DNA of 64,000 bases from positions 2,304-66,303 of IMG/VR virus record IMGVR_UViG_3300003267_000132. One strand, 5' to 3'. Below, one piece after another: positions 1 through 10,011 of the stretch. The DNA comes from a virus. Both the position numbers and the translations under genes were made by a program. Under the pieces are notes generated by a model. The model was not told where the DNA came from, did not search any database, and saw only the letters and a list, made by a program, of their open reading frames with translations. How positions within the stretch are numbered: position 1 is the stretch's first letter; every line of letters begins with the position of its first letter.

Positions 1-150
1 ATCGACCAGGGCGACGTCGACGCCGTCATAGAGATCCGACCCGATCAAGCGACGGAAGTCGTGGGTGACCGAGATGACGTCGTGATCAGCCAGCAGCTCC
101 ACCAGGTAGCGGCACGTCATCTCGTCGTCGTCGACCACGAGAATCTTCAT
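1..150 (-). CDS. Response-regulator receiver (REC) domain protein, truncated by the window edge
   Basis: Not in the ORF track. Hand translation: MKILVVDDDEMTCRYLVELLADHDVISVTHDFRRLIGSDLYDGVDVALVD. It has the CheY-like ILVVDD start and ...DVALVD at the expected phospho-Asp position. The ATG (148-150) overlaps the TGA of the EAL gene (ATGA). Confidence 0.85.
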   Translation of the reverse strand, partial: MKILVVDDDEMTCRYLVELLADHDVISVTHDFRRLIGSDLYDGVDVALVD

Positions 151-824
151 CCCAGTACCTCGGCGGCCGGACGGGGTTCAGCGTAGAGGTACCCCTGGGC
201 GTAGCGGATTCCCACTTCGGCGAGCCAATCCGCTTGGCGCTGCGTCTCAACCCCTTCCGCCGCGACGATGCAACGCAGCTCCAGGCCGATCCCCGCCATC
301 GCCCGCGTGATCGCCCGGTTGCCGGGGAAGCGGTCGAGGCCTTCGACGATGGACTGGTCGATCTTGATGATGTCCGGGTTGACCTGAATAATCGACTGCG
401 ACGACGCGTAGGCCCGACCCACATCGTCGAGGGCGACGCGCACGGCCTTGGCGTGCAGTTGCCAGATCGTGCGGTACGCGAGCAGCGGGTCGATCAGGGT
501 CCGTTCCGACACCTCGACGACGAGTCGGGCAGCATCCGCAGATGTCAGCCGCGCCAGGTGCGACAGCACGTCGCCACGGTGCAGCGCCTCGACGGTCGCG
601 TTCACCGCCAGATAGAGCGGTTGCGGAACTTCCGGGAGCAGGTCGACAGCCAGGTCGAAGCAGGCCATGTCGAGGTCGATGAGCGTGCCGTCGGTGGCCG
701 CAGCCTCGAAGGCCCGCTCGGTCGGCATGTCGGGGAACCGCGCCAACGCCTCGTATCCGATGATGGTCTGCGGGTCAGCGACCGCCACGATCGGTTGAAG
801 GTAGAGCGCAGCGGGGGCGGTCAC
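147..824 (-). CDS. Stand-alone EAL-domain c-di-GMP phosphodiesterase
   Basis: Motifs LQPIV, GYEALARF, AVN, VEVSE, LDDVG, IKID, AEGVET and AQGYLY are all present. Confidence 0.92.
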   Translation of the reverse strand: MTAPAALYLQPIVAVADPQTIIGYEALARFPDMPTERAFEAAATDGTLIDLDMACFDLAVDLLPEVPQPLYLAVNATVEALHRGDVLSHLARLTSADAARLVVEVSERTLIDPLLAYRTIWQLHAKAVRVALDDVGRAYASSQSIIQVNPDIIKIDQSIVEGLDRFPGNRAITRAMAGIGLELRCIVAAEGVETQRQADWLAEVGIRYAQGYLYAEPRPAAEVLG

Positions 825-830
825 CGCTGC

Positions 831-1553
831 TCAGTCGTCAGCGACAGTGACCAGCACGTAGGTCGTCGTGTTCGGTGCGCCTTCCTCGACAACCAGCGCC
901 AGTCCGCCCTTCTCGTCCATCCACCCGACGTCCGCGATCGGTCCGCCATGCCCGTCGCGTGGAGGCCACGCCGTGCCGTGTGGCGACACCGCCAGCACCT
1001 TGCCAATCGGAATGTCGGACGGGGTCTGCCCTTCCCCCGGCCACCAACCGCCACCGGTCGGGCCAAGGACAACAGGGATGACGTGGCGTGCCACAGGACG
1101 ACCTCCCAGGTGCAGGTGGGTGACGGTGCGGTTGGGAACGGGTTGCGGAACTGGACGGCGCGGCCATGTCAAGAACACACCCTTGTCGACCGCAGCGTGA
1201 ACATGGTCATGGTGACCATCGCGGACGACCTTCGGGTAGACGAACGGCTTGCCCGCCTTGTAGCAGACGGCGGGCTTGCCATCGACCGGGCCTGCGTAGA
1301 TCAGTTCGTACAGCTGCGTTTTGACCAGCGACAGCGCCTGGTAGATGTGGGCGTGTTCCAGGGTGTCGCGCCCGCCATGGCGCCCGGCGAAGTCGACGGC
1401 CAGCCCTTGCCCACCGGTACCCTGCTGGACATGCCGCGACGTGCCCCCAGTCGAAGTCGACATCGAGTGGTTCACCGTCGACGTGACCACGTACGGGACG
1501 CCGCTGTCGTGCACGTACGCGATCAGCGCCTGGTCCTCGCGGGAAAGCGTCAC
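831..1553 (-). CDS. Putative endolysin (Zn-peptidase, M15/LAS-like)
   Basis: VTST...SRH...LAVDF...HHDHVH motif set, located directly after the minor tail genes. Confidence 0.6.
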   Translation of the reverse strand: MTLSREDQALIAYVHDSGVPYVVTSTVNHSMSTSTGGTSRHVQQGTGGQGLAVDFAGRHGGRDTLEHAHIYQALSLVKTQLYELIYAGPVDGKPAVCYKAGKPFVYPKVVRDGHHDHVHAAVDKGVFLTWPRRPVPQPVPNRTVTHLHLGGRPVARHVIPVVLGPTGGGWWPGEGQTPSDIPIGKVLAVSPHGTAWPPRDGHGGPIADVGWMDEKGGLALVVEEGAPNTTTYVLVTVADD

Positions 1554-1783
1554 TTGCCCACCTTACGGGTTGCTGGCCGTGGCTTCGGGGATGAGGGTGC
1601 ATCTGTCGGTGCGGCCACCGCGGGTGGTTCCCCCTGCATGACAAGGGGTGGCTCTTTGGCGTCCTTGAGTTGTCCGAGTTCGGCTCGAAGGTGCTCAATC
1701 TCGTCGTACAGCTTGGCGTTCTCGGCTTCCAGCATCTCCAGCGTCCGCCCGAGCTTCTGGATGATGTAGAGCAAGCCGTCCAT
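1550..1783 (-). CDS. Small coiled-coil hypothetical protein
   Basis: Heptad-like LEAENAKLYDEIEHLRAEL; start and stop overlap both neighbours. Confidence 0.7.
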   Translation of the reverse strand: MDGLLYIIQKLGRTLEMLEAENAKLYDEIEHLRAELGQLKDAKEPPLVMQGEPPAVAAPTDAPSSPKPRPATRKVGK

Positions 1784-2478
1784 CAGAACGTCTCCGTCAC
1801 CGTCATGGAGGCGTGGTCGTTGTTATCCGTCACCGCCTGCTCGTCAGCGTTCTGCGTGCGCCAGCGGAGCTTGATCGTCTTGCCCGTTCCAGCAGCGACG
1901 CCGCCGATCTCCCAGTGCTGAGAGAACTGCTTGTGCGACGACGGTTCGTTCGTAAACGCCCGCACCCACGTCTGGTCGGTCCCGTCGAGAGCGACTGTGA
2001 ACTCGGTGTATCGGTTGTTGACTACGTTGACGTACCACGACAGGTGCACGTCGACAATCAGCTTCGTCGCCGCGAGCACCTTCACGAAGTTGGTCACCTG
2101 GACGGGACCGGGATAGTCGGCCCCCGTCGTCGACGTGGTGTTGCCGCTCGTCACCGACGCGACGCCGACGGAGTCGGTGTGGGGCACCATCACAGAGAAC
2201 GGGTCGAGCCGCCCGATTACGATCGGGTCGGGACCGGCGAAGTCGATGAAGACGACGTCGCCCGCCACCGGGCTGTAAGACGTCAGGAACTTGACCCCGG
2301 CGATGGTGGCGCCGCCGAGACTGATCGTGACCGAGCCGGTCTGGACCGAAGCGACTGTCGCCTGACGACGGATGCGCAGGTCCGCGCGGTCGGCGGACAG
2401 GAGGCGGCTGGCGACGTCGATTTCGAGCGCCCGGCGGACCAGGTGGTCGGGGTGGTCGTCACCCCGGTCGAAGGTCAC
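1783..2478 (-). CDS. Minor tail protein
   Basis: Position after the DUF5047-like tail gene; LTSYSPVAGDVV...VIG OB-fold-like motif; beta-rich C-terminus. Confidence 0.65.
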   Translation of the reverse strand: MTFDRGDDHPDHLVRRALEIDVASRLLSADRADLRIRRQATVASVQTGSVTISLGGATIAGVKFLTSYSPVAGDVVFIDFAGPDPIVIGRLDPFSVMVPHTDSVGVASVTSGNTTSTTGADYPGPVQVTNFVKVLAATKLIVDVHLSWYVNVVNNRYTEFTVALDGTDQTWVRAFTNEPSSHKQFSQHWEIGGVAAGTGKTIKLRWRTQNADEQAVTDNNDHASMTVTETF

Positions 2479-3590
2479 GTGATCGACCTCTGTCCGCGCG
2501 TGGCGTACACCGCTTCCGCGGCGAGACCGATGTCGATGGTGAACTGTGACAACACGACGTTGCGCGCCAAACCCAGTCGTTCATTCTCGACGTAGACGAC
2601 GTCGGACGCGTCGTGCGCCGGGTGCGGGACGGCAACGAACGCCACGATCTCGGCGGTCCCGGCCTTCTGCAAGAGCAGATTGTTGGCCGCATCCTGTGCT
2701 TGCGCGGTGGTCGTGATCGTCGGTGACGAGAAGAAGAAAGGGCGTCGACCGAAGGTGGCCGGGAACACGGGGGACGTCGAGTCGGTGATCTCGGCGGTGG
2801 CCCGCACCGGCGTCGTCACCCCCGAGCCTTCACCCGTCACGACGACGACATTGATGGCATCGCGCGACGACTGGCGGCTGTCAGCGCGCAGGATGATCGA
2901 CTGGTTATCCGGGCGGTAGAACCAGACCGGACTGTCAAGTGTCGGGTCGGGGATCGGCTGGAGTACGACCGCGCCGTTGACGTCGAAGAAGACTTCCATT
3001 CCGTTCGACGCGGCAAGCTGTTGGACCGACTGCCAGGGGTCGACCCCTTCGAGGAAGGTGGTCGTACCGGGCACCGTAATCGTGGTGACCGGGAAGTTGT
3101 ACGTCAGACCGGCAAAGCGAGAGTTGATGATGTCGTGGATCACCGCGCCGAGTTCTAGCGACGGGGTAGCGGTCGCCACGTTGTACGGCGATTCAAAGAC
3201 GGCGCGGGTGATAATCGTCGAGCGGTCGACGGCGTCGATTTCGATCAGCCCGTCCCACCGGGGATTGACGTCTTCGATACGGAAGACACCCATCGGGACT
3301 CGTTCGACGCCGGTGTCGGACAGATTGAAGCCAACCGCCACGACCAGTTCGTTGCCATAGGGCGCTAGCAGGTCGGTCTGATCGGTGGGGATGAATGAAC
3401 CGTCCGAGTCAATGACGGAACATCGCAGGCGGCGGCGGGCGGCGGCGGTGCCATCGACGGTCACCTGGCCACCAGGTGCGATTGGCAGGTCTTCGTAGAT
3501 CTTGACCCCGCCGCGATAGACGTCGACGCGCGTCGATACGATGCCGCCTTCAATGAGCTGTTCGTCGAAGTCATCAGACCGCGGGTACAT
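2475..3590 (-). CDS. Minor tail / baseplate hub protein (DUF5047-like)
   Basis: GGQVTVD...RR, LLAPYGNEL, VPMGVFRI, FFDVNG, NVVVVTGE and FGRRPFFFSSP match the actinophage minor tail pattern. Confidence 0.8.
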   Translation of the reverse strand: MYPRSDDFDEQLIEGGIVSTRVDVYRGGVKIYEDLPIAPGGQVTVDGTAAARRRLRCSVIDSDGSFIPTDQTDLLAPYGNELVVAVGFNLSDTGVERVPMGVFRIEDVNPRWDGLIEIDAVDRSTIITRAVFESPYNVATATPSLELGAVIHDIINSRFAGLTYNFPVTTITVPGTTTFLEGVDPWQSVQQLAASNGMEVFFDVNGAVVLQPIPDPTLDSPVWFYRPDNQSIILRADSRQSSRDAINVVVVTGEGSGVTTPVRATAEITDSTSPVFPATFGRRPFFFSSPTITTTAQAQDAANNLLLQKAGTAEIVAFVAVPHPAHDASDVVYVENERLGLARNVVLSQFTIDIGLAAEAVYATRGQRSIT

Positions 3591-6500
3591 CAGGGACGGT
3601 CGACTTCGATCAGGTCGAAGCTCACAGTGCGATGCTGGCGGTACTGCGTGTCGGCCAGGAAGTTGGTCGACAGCCGCACCGTACGGTGCTCCGGTCCGAA
3701 GCGGACGTAATACTGCTCCTGCGGGGAGGGGTCTTCGAAGTTGCGGTCGCCATAGCAGGTCTTGAACAACATGACTTCTTGCGCGGCGCGCAAGGTCTTG
3801 AAGCTCTCCCAGTCGTCGTCCTCATCGAAGTACACGGTGATGTGGAACCGCTGGCCATGCACCGTGTCGACGTTGACGACCGGGTTGCGCCGCCCGATTG
3901 GCTGGAACTCCGACTGCGACTCGGTCGACACCGATTCGACCTGGGTGCCGGTGACACATAGACGCGACACCAGTTCCGGGTGCTCGACCGAGCGCAGGAT
4001 CATGTTGCCGTCGGACTCAAGGGTGATGGGACCGGCGATCGTGTACGGCGATGCCAGGTCACCGACCTCAGTCGTTGCGTTCACCGCATCGATGCGGCTG
4101 ACCTTGGCGAACATGCGCGCCCGGTACCAGAGTGCCCCGCCGCGCGGCGCTTCGTAGTCGTCGATCACCAGCCGTTCGGTGTGGTCGCCAAGGTCGAAGT
4201 TCCATTCCTCGTCCTCAACTTCATCCCACGTCACCTGGTCGTCTTGGGATCGGTCTAGCGCGAACCATTCATGCAGCTCCCCGGCGGGAACCCACATGTC
4301 GGACACACCCTCCCAGAAGCCGAACAGATGGAACCGATGTTCCTCTCCCGCCGCTGGCGACAGGACGTTGACGACGACCCGCGCATACGCGGCATCGGAT
4401 GGCGCGATCGCCACACAGCACATGAAGCTCCAGCCGCCAGCGATGGACGGCTGAAACGCCGTGCCTGTCGTCGACGCCGTAGATGATGCTGACCCGTCGG
4501 CCTTGAACCAGAAGATGTCGAAGCGCATCTGCCGGGTCGTGGTGACCGGCTTCCCCCATCCCATGAACGTGTGGAACCGGTCAGGGGTGACCGGCAGCGT
4601 CGGTGGGGTCTGCATACTCATGTCGGCTGCAGCGACTGCGGTCATGCTCCAGCACGGACCGCTGTCGAACCCCAGGTTCGCCTTTCGCTGCACCGTAGCG
4701 TTCGACTTGTTCGACCATCCGTCCTGGGTCGTCGCGGACGCCTGCGCCTCGCTGAGCAGATTCGGTCCAGCGACAAACCCGCCCGGCTGAAACCCGGTGT
4801 CCGCGCCATTGCGGGTGACCTGCACCGAGTCGATGATGTGGTTCTCATTGGCGACCGACGCCTGCGTCCCGAAGCGCAGCACCATGAATCGCGCGGTAGC
4901 GGGCACCGGCAGCGCCAGCGCGGCCGAGTTGAACGTAGCGCCGGTCCTCGCCCATGCCGTCGTGCTCTCCGTCAGCACTGTCGCCGTAGCCGACGACCCG
5001 ACCGACGCACCAGCCGCAGTCTTGAAGGTGACCGTCAGGGTGCAGGTGCGCGGGTTGCTCAGTGCGCGGAACGCGCAGCGCGCCGCCCAGTCGTCGCCCG
5101 GATTGACGGGTACGACGATCTGTGGCAATGCATCGCTGTCGAAGGTGACCCCACCGGTGCTGGTTGCCTGCACGGTGATTACGTCTTGGCCGTGCTCGGC
5201 GCGCGAGTCGGTGTTCATGGTGAGGTTGGCGACGTTGCTGATCTTGGTGAAGTGCGGGTTTCCCGAGTTATTGAGATCGAGGCCGGGACCTTCCGCGGAG
5301 ATACCCTGCGGTGCCAGGTTGCCGTATCCGGTGACGATCGCGATGATCCGTTCGAAGCCCAACCCGAGCGACAAGGTCGGTGCGTTGGGGACATCAATGG
5401 CGAGCGAGAATGCGTTGTTGTCCCAGGGTGAGTAGCGCCCGCCGCTCCCGGAGTCGCCAACCTTGACGTAGACGACGTAGCTGTTGGCGGGGATCGTGTC
5501 GCTCGTCGCCTGCTGCGCGCTGGACAACACTTCGCCGGAGTCCCACGTCGCGGTGGTCGTATCCGGGTCGAAGCTCGGCAGCGTCGTCGCGAGCAGTGTG
5601 AAGATCTTGACCCGGTACCGTTCCTGGGTGTCGACGTCCGGGTCGTAGAACGTCCACCGGACCGACACCTGACCGCTTGTGTGAAGGACCTGCCCTTCCG
5701 TTGGCGCGGTGATCCAGTTAATCGTGCCGGTCGTGATAGCAACACCGGTCGCCGTCGCACTTGCGTTGGCCGACATCGTGGGCTGCTGCACGACGTTGCC
5801 GGTGCTCATGTTGCCGGTGCCGCCGGTGCATCCCGTAAACGTCGTCGCCGTCTTGCCGGTATAGGTGACGACCTGGCGGCCTGCCGACGTGTCGATCTCG
5901 ATGCGGCCCGACGCCGCGAACGTCGACGCGTCGGCCACGTTGATCGTCGCGGTAGGGAGCGCGACGCCGTTGCTGCCCGACGCAATCGTCGTCGCTTTGA
6001 TCGACGCAATCGTCGTTCCCGCCGGAATGCCAGCCCCGGTGATCGATCGACCGACGTCGGTACCGGACCCCAACGCCGGACGTCGGAACAGGGTCTTCGG
6101 GCTGGTGATAATCGGGGACCCGGAAGTCGTCTGCCCGTCGTCAGTCGTGCGGGTGGAGTTCGGTGCTTCGTTCCACTCGACGATCGCCGCAATCTCATAG
6201 ATGTTCGGGATGGTCCCGCCCACTACTCCGAAGATGCGGACGCGCAGGTTGTCGATGTCGGCTTGGGTCCACGACCCGCTCGGTCCGGTTGTGTGGCTCG
6301 GACCGGTGACTGTGTGGGTGGTCCCGTCCCCAGTGACGGTACTGAAGCTGCCGATGATGCCGTCACCCGTCACGCCGTCGACGAGTCCCATCGCAAGGAC
6401 CTGAGACGTCGAGCCGGAGATGCGGACTCGGACCGACACGCTTCGGATCTGTGCTCCGGTCGGAACGGTGAAGGTGCCGAGCGACACCTGGAAGTTCGCC

Positions 6501-6655
6501 GTGTCCGGACCGCCGCCGTCGCTGATGAAGGTGCTGTCGAGGTCGTCGTTGGTACACGCCGCGGCATTGGTCGGGCCGCCATTGAACGTGATGTCGAACC
6601 GTTCGGACGTAATCTCCGCGTCGGGCCGCAGGGCCGTGGACTGATTGATCGTCAA
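3590..6655 (-). CDS. Large distal-tail / host-recognition protein with beta-sandwich (Fn3/CBM-like) modules
   Basis: Immediately downstream of the tape measure; Thr/Ser/Gly-rich; C-terminal DYEAP...YRAR and PIGRRNPVV motifs typical of actinophage Dit-like proteins. Confidence 0.7.
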   Translation of the reverse strand: MTINQSTALRPDAEITSERFDITFNGGPTNAAACTNDDLDSTFISDGGGPDTANFQVSLGTFTVPTGAQIRSVSVRVRISGSTSQVLAMGLVDGVTGDGIIGSFSTVTGDGTTHTVTGPSHTTGPSGSWTQADIDNLRVRIFGVVGGTIPNIYEIAAIVEWNEAPNSTRTTDDGQTTSGSPIITSPKTLFRRPALGSGTDVGRSITGAGIPAGTTIASIKATTIASGSNGVALPTATINVADASTFAASGRIEIDTSAGRQVVTYTGKTATTFTGCTGGTGNMSTGNVVQQPTMSANASATATGVAITTGTINWITAPTEGQVLHTSGQVSVRWTFYDPDVDTQERYRVKIFTLLATTLPSFDPDTTTATWDSGEVLSSAQQATSDTIPANSYVVYVKVGDSGSGGRYSPWDNNAFSLAIDVPNAPTLSLGLGFERIIAIVTGYGNLAPQGISAEGPGLDLNNSGNPHFTKISNVANLTMNTDSRAEHGQDVITVQATSTGGVTFDSDALPQIVVPVNPGDDWAARCAFRALSNPRTCTLTVTFKTAAGASVGSSATATVLTESTTAWARTGATFNSAALALPVPATARFMVLRFGTQASVANENHIIDSVQVTRNGADTGFQPGGFVAGPNLLSEAQASATTQDGWSNKSNATVQRKANLGFDSGPCWSMTAVAAADMSMQTPPTLPVTPDRFHTFMGWGKPVTTTRQMRFDIFWFKADGSASSTASTTGTAFQPSIAGGWSFMCCVAIAPSDAAYARVVVNVLSPAAGEEHRFHLFGFWEGVSDMWVPAGELHEWFALDRSQDDQVTWDEVEDEEWNFDLGDHTERLVIDDYEAPRGGALWYRARMFAKVSRIDAVNATTEVGDLASPYTIAGPITLESDGNMILRSVEHPELVSRLCVTGTQVESVSTESQSEFQPIGRRNPVVNVDTVHGQRFHITVYFDEDDDWESFKTLRAAQEVMLFKTCYGDRNFEDPSPQEQYYVRFGPEHRTVRLSTNFLADTQYRQHRTVSFDLIEVDRP

Positions 6656-8928
6656 CTGGCACGCCCTGTTCCGGCCACGGCGTGGTCGATGATGCGCCGC
6701 AGCGATGCGCCAATCTCGTCGCGGGCGACGGTGCGGAACGCCTCGACGGTGGCGCGGTCAGCACTTCCCTGCACCGCGACGTTCACCTGCACAGCACCAT
6801 CCCCGATCGTTATGGTGCTGGCCGTCGAGTTGTTGACGGCCCGCCCGGACACCAATGCCTGCGTCAGCGCGGCGGGGATGACCAACTCGCCACCGTGAGC
6901 GATGACCAACTGCGGGCTGCCGACCGGACCGGCGACGATTCCTCCGCTGCCGAGGATCTGGCGCGCGACGTGGAAGATGCCGCGGGCGACACTCTTGGCG
7001 GGACCGGGAAGGATGTCGATGGCGTCGTTGATGACACCCTCGATGGCTTTCTTCACGTCACCGACGAGCGCCTTGATGCCATTGGTGATCCCGATGATGA
7101 TCGACTGCGCGAGCCGGATACCGGCCTTGGTGAAGTCGCCCACCAGGTTCTCGGCGGTCGTCAGGATGCTGCGGATGACGTTCTCGATCGTGCCCCTGAT
7201 GTCATTGAAGATGTTGATGACCGTCTGCTTGATCGTATTGAACGCCCGCGACCAGTGACCGGTGAGCAGGTCGAGGAAGGTGCCAATGATGCCCAGTACG
7301 AGATCGCGGGCGACGCGGAAGATTCCTGCGATCTGGTCCCACCCGATACGCACAAGGCCAACGATGAAGTCGAAGCCGATCGTGAAGGTCGCCCTGATGC
7401 TTTCCCATGCCAACGTGACCAGCGGCACGACAATGTCGCTCAGAATGCGGAACGTGTTCGCCAGTTGATCGGCAAACGGTCGCAGGATCGACACCATCAG
7501 GTCGAGAGCGCCCTGGAAGATCTGCTTGATCTCGTCCCAGTGGGTCCGCCAGAACTCGGTCAGCGCGGCGATGTTCTCCCGCAGGAACCCGACCGGACCG
7601 GACCCACCAACGAACTCGATCACCCGTTGACCGAACCTGCCGATGGCACCGACGACATCTTCCAAGGTTCGACCGAACGCCACGAACGCGTCGCCAACGG
7701 CATGCACGATGTCCCGGAAGGTCTGAGACTTCTGGTAGGCGATGACGATCCCCGCGGTCAGGGCGGCGACTGCGGCGATGACGATCGTGATCGGTCCGCC
7801 GATCAGCGCAATGGCACCTTCCAGTAGGGTGCCACCTTCGGCGGCGGCGGCCATTGCCCCGACAAGCTCGGAGATCACCTGGACGAAGTTGACGACCTTG
7901 ATAGCCGCGAACGCCGCCGCCAAGGCTTCCAGGATGGGGACGAGATTGGTCCCGATGTGTTCGGCCAGGCCGTCAAGCGCGGGGAGCAGCGTGTCGCGCA
8001 CGAACTCACCGAGAAACTTGACGGGTGGGTTCACCTTCTCAAACAGCACCGCGCCGAAGACCGCTGCCTTGGTCTGCGCGGCCCCGATCTTGTCCGTGCC
8101 TTCGCGGAACCCACCGATGAAGTCGCGTATCGGGGTAACGACACGCCCAATAGCTCGGCTTGTCGCGTCGATCGCCGCGGGCAGATGGGCGGACATGAAC
8201 TCGGCCATACGGTTCAGGACCGGGAGCACCGCGTTGCCGATCTGCTCCTGAATGTTCCCGAGTTGCACCTTGAGCTTGCCAATCGGAGTGGCGACCGCTT
8301 CAGCCGACCCTCCGAACTCTGTCGTCAGTTCCTTGAGGATGATCTTCTGCGCGTCGAGGGCGTGGCCGGTCTTGACCAGCGTTTCGATCTGGTCCTTCTG
8401 TGACTGCGTGAACGACACTCCGACGCGCTGGAGAGCGGTGACGCCCTTGATCGGATCGTTGAGTGCCTTGCCCAACTGGATTGCCGACGACGACACGTCG
8501 GTCCCCAGGGCGACGCTCATGTCGGCCAGGATCGATGTCGCCTGGTTGAAGATGTCGTTGCCCTTGCCCGCTTCGTTGCGGACGTTGGTGAAGGTGAGCA
8601 GCAGGTTCTCACCCTTCTCGATGGCCTCGTCGTCGATGCCGGTCAGGTTCGACAGCGACGTCGCCAGCTTGTCGACGTCGGCGGTCGACACCTTGGCCGC
8701 GCCGCCCGTCGACTTGATCACTGCCGCCGTCTGCGCCGCGATCTTGTTCGACTCGGCCGCGGCTTCGACCGACTTCTTCACGAAGTCGAAGCCCTCGCGG
8801 ACCGCGAATGCCCCGGCAAAGACGGCGGCTGCCTTCTTGGCAATGGACCCGAACCGCGACTCGGTCTCGCGTTCGAAGTCCTTCGTGTCGGGCCGAATCC
8901 GGATACCGGCTTCGCCGATGATGTCCAC
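6652..8928 (-). CDS. Tape measure protein
   Basis: 758 aa, Ala/Gly/Ile-rich and helical; AIQLGKALNDPIKGVTALQRVGVSF; W-spaced repeats; follows the tail chaperones. Confidence 0.93.
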   Translation of the reverse strand: MDIIGEAGIRIRPDTKDFERETESRFGSIAKKAAAVFAGAFAVREGFDFVKKSVEAAAESNKIAAQTAAVIKSTGGAAKVSTADVDKLATSLSNLTGIDDEAIEKGENLLLTFTNVRNEAGKGNDIFNQATSILADMSVALGTDVSSSAIQLGKALNDPIKGVTALQRVGVSFTQSQKDQIETLVKTGHALDAQKIILKELTTEFGGSAEAVATPIGKLKVQLGNIQEQIGNAVLPVLNRMAEFMSAHLPAAIDATSRAIGRVVTPIRDFIGGFREGTDKIGAAQTKAAVFGAVLFEKVNPPVKFLGEFVRDTLLPALDGLAEHIGTNLVPILEALAAAFAAIKVVNFVQVISELVGAMAAAAEGGTLLEGAIALIGGPITIVIAAVAALTAGIVIAYQKSQTFRDIVHAVGDAFVAFGRTLEDVVGAIGRFGQRVIEFVGGSGPVGFLRENIAALTEFWRTHWDEIKQIFQGALDLMVSILRPFADQLANTFRILSDIVVPLVTLAWESIRATFTIGFDFIVGLVRIGWDQIAGIFRVARDLVLGIIGTFLDLLTGHWSRAFNTIKQTVINIFNDIRGTIENVIRSILTTAENLVGDFTKAGIRLAQSIIIGITNGIKALVGDVKKAIEGVINDAIDILPGPAKSVARGIFHVARQILGSGGIVAGPVGSPQLVIAHGGELVIPAALTQALVSGRAVNNSTASTITIGDGAVQVNVAVQGSADRATVEAFRTVARDEIGASLRRIIDHAVAGTGRAS

Positions 8929-8978
8929 GGCGCTCCTTTACCTGGATTCGGTCAGCCGCTGCACCCCGCCATGATTAC

Positions 8979-9290
8979 TCAGAGCACAGAGGCTTTCGCG
9001 GACGCACCGCGCAGAGCGAGTTGCGCTTCCGCAGAGGTGCCCCAGGTATCCGGGTTCCACTTCGACTGGGTGGGGTGACCTTCCTCGTCGTGCTCACCGA
9101 TCAGGACGTCGAAGTGTTCCCGCTGCTCCTGGTTCATCCACTCGACGATGCTGGAGTAGCCGGTGTTGATGAAGGCTCGAAGTGAGAGGCCGAGAAGATC
9201 GGCTCCACCTCCGCGGAGTTGTCGTCCGTCAAGTTCTGCATAGTGTTCGGCCGTCCATTCCCAGAGGAATCGGACGGCTCGGTAGGGCGG
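8979..9290 (-). CDS. Tail assembly chaperone, frameshifted C-terminal extension (gpGT-like)
   Basis: Open -1 frame relative to 9134..9586 with no good start of its own, directly upstream of the tape measure. Candidate slip site CGC-CCT-ACC at 9281-9289. Confidence 0.65.
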   Translation of the reverse strand, partial: PPYRAVRFLWEWTAEHYAELDGRQLRGGGADLLGLSLRAFINTGYSSIVEWMNQEQREHFDVLIGEHDEEGHPTQSKWNPDTWGTSAEAQLALRGASAKASVL

Positions 9291-9586
9291 CCGCCACCGT
9301 ATTCCGAGATCAGCCACTGGACCAGTTCGGTCAACTGATCCAGGGTGACGATGTTGTCGCGGTCGTGCAGAACGTCGAAGAACCGCGCCGCGTCGTCGTC
9401 TTCGATGACACCCCGCAGGAACGCGTCGAGGTCGGGCATCGACACCCGGTCATGGCGCAGGATATCGGTGAACAGCCCTGCCGGAGCCGACGGGATGCAG
9501 CGGAAGCTCTGGCCACCCAGCCGGAACTCGATGGGTTCCGACTCCCGTTCCGCCACGGCGGCGTCGAAGTCACGGAATCGTGTCAT
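9134..9586 (-). CDS. Tail assembly chaperone (gpG-like)
   Basis: Position; ...LVQWLISEYGGGRPTEPSDSS ending typical of actinophage tail chaperones. Confidence 0.8.
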   Translation of the reverse strand: MTRFRDFDAAVAERESEPIEFRLGGQSFRCIPSAPAGLFTDILRHDRVSMPDLDAFLRGVIEDDDAARFFDVLHDRDNIVTLDQLTELVQWLISEYGGGRPTEPSDSSGNGRPNTMQNLTDDNSAEVEPIFSASHFEPSSTPATPASSSG

Positions 9587-9597
9587 GAGCCGGGAGC

Positions 9598-10011
9598 CTA
9601 GCGTTCGACCCTAAGGCTGCTGAGCATCCCGCGCGCCTTGCTGAAGCCTTCCTTCAGCTTCTTCTTCAGGTACGGCCCGAAGTCGGAGCCGGGGTGGTTG
9701 ACTCGCGGCAGGAAAACGACCCGCCCGACCTTGGGCCAGAAGAAGACCAGCAGCGGATTGCCCTCGATGGGGTGCGGTCGGGTCTTGGTCTTCTCCGACC
9801 CCACGTCGACGAAGCCACCGGTCCCGTCGACACCGACCCGCTTGACCAGTGACTGCCCCAGGAACTCCTTCGGGAACTCCGACCGCATCGCCCCGATGGT
9901 CTCTCGCTTGACCTGCTCCGAGAAGACGATGCACAGCCGCATGGCCGGGCCGTCCTTGCCGACCAGGAGCTTGGATACCGCAATCGGGTCGAAGCGGATA
10001 TTGGTCGCCAT
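9598..10011 (-). CDS. Neck / HK97 gp10-like protein
   Basis: TRPHPI...LVFFW...VFLPRVNHPG motif; position. Confidence 0.65.
   Translation of the reverse strand: MATNIRFDPIAVSKLLVGKDGPAMRLCIVFSEQVKRETIGAMRSEFPKEFLGQSLVKRVGVDGTGGFVDVGSEKTKTRPHPIEGNPLLVFFWPKVGRVVFLPRVNHPGSDFGPYLKKKLKEGFSKARGMLSSLRVER

Noticed and set aside
1550-1783. Holin candidate next to the endolysin
   Set aside because: No transmembrane segment; it is a charged coiled coil.
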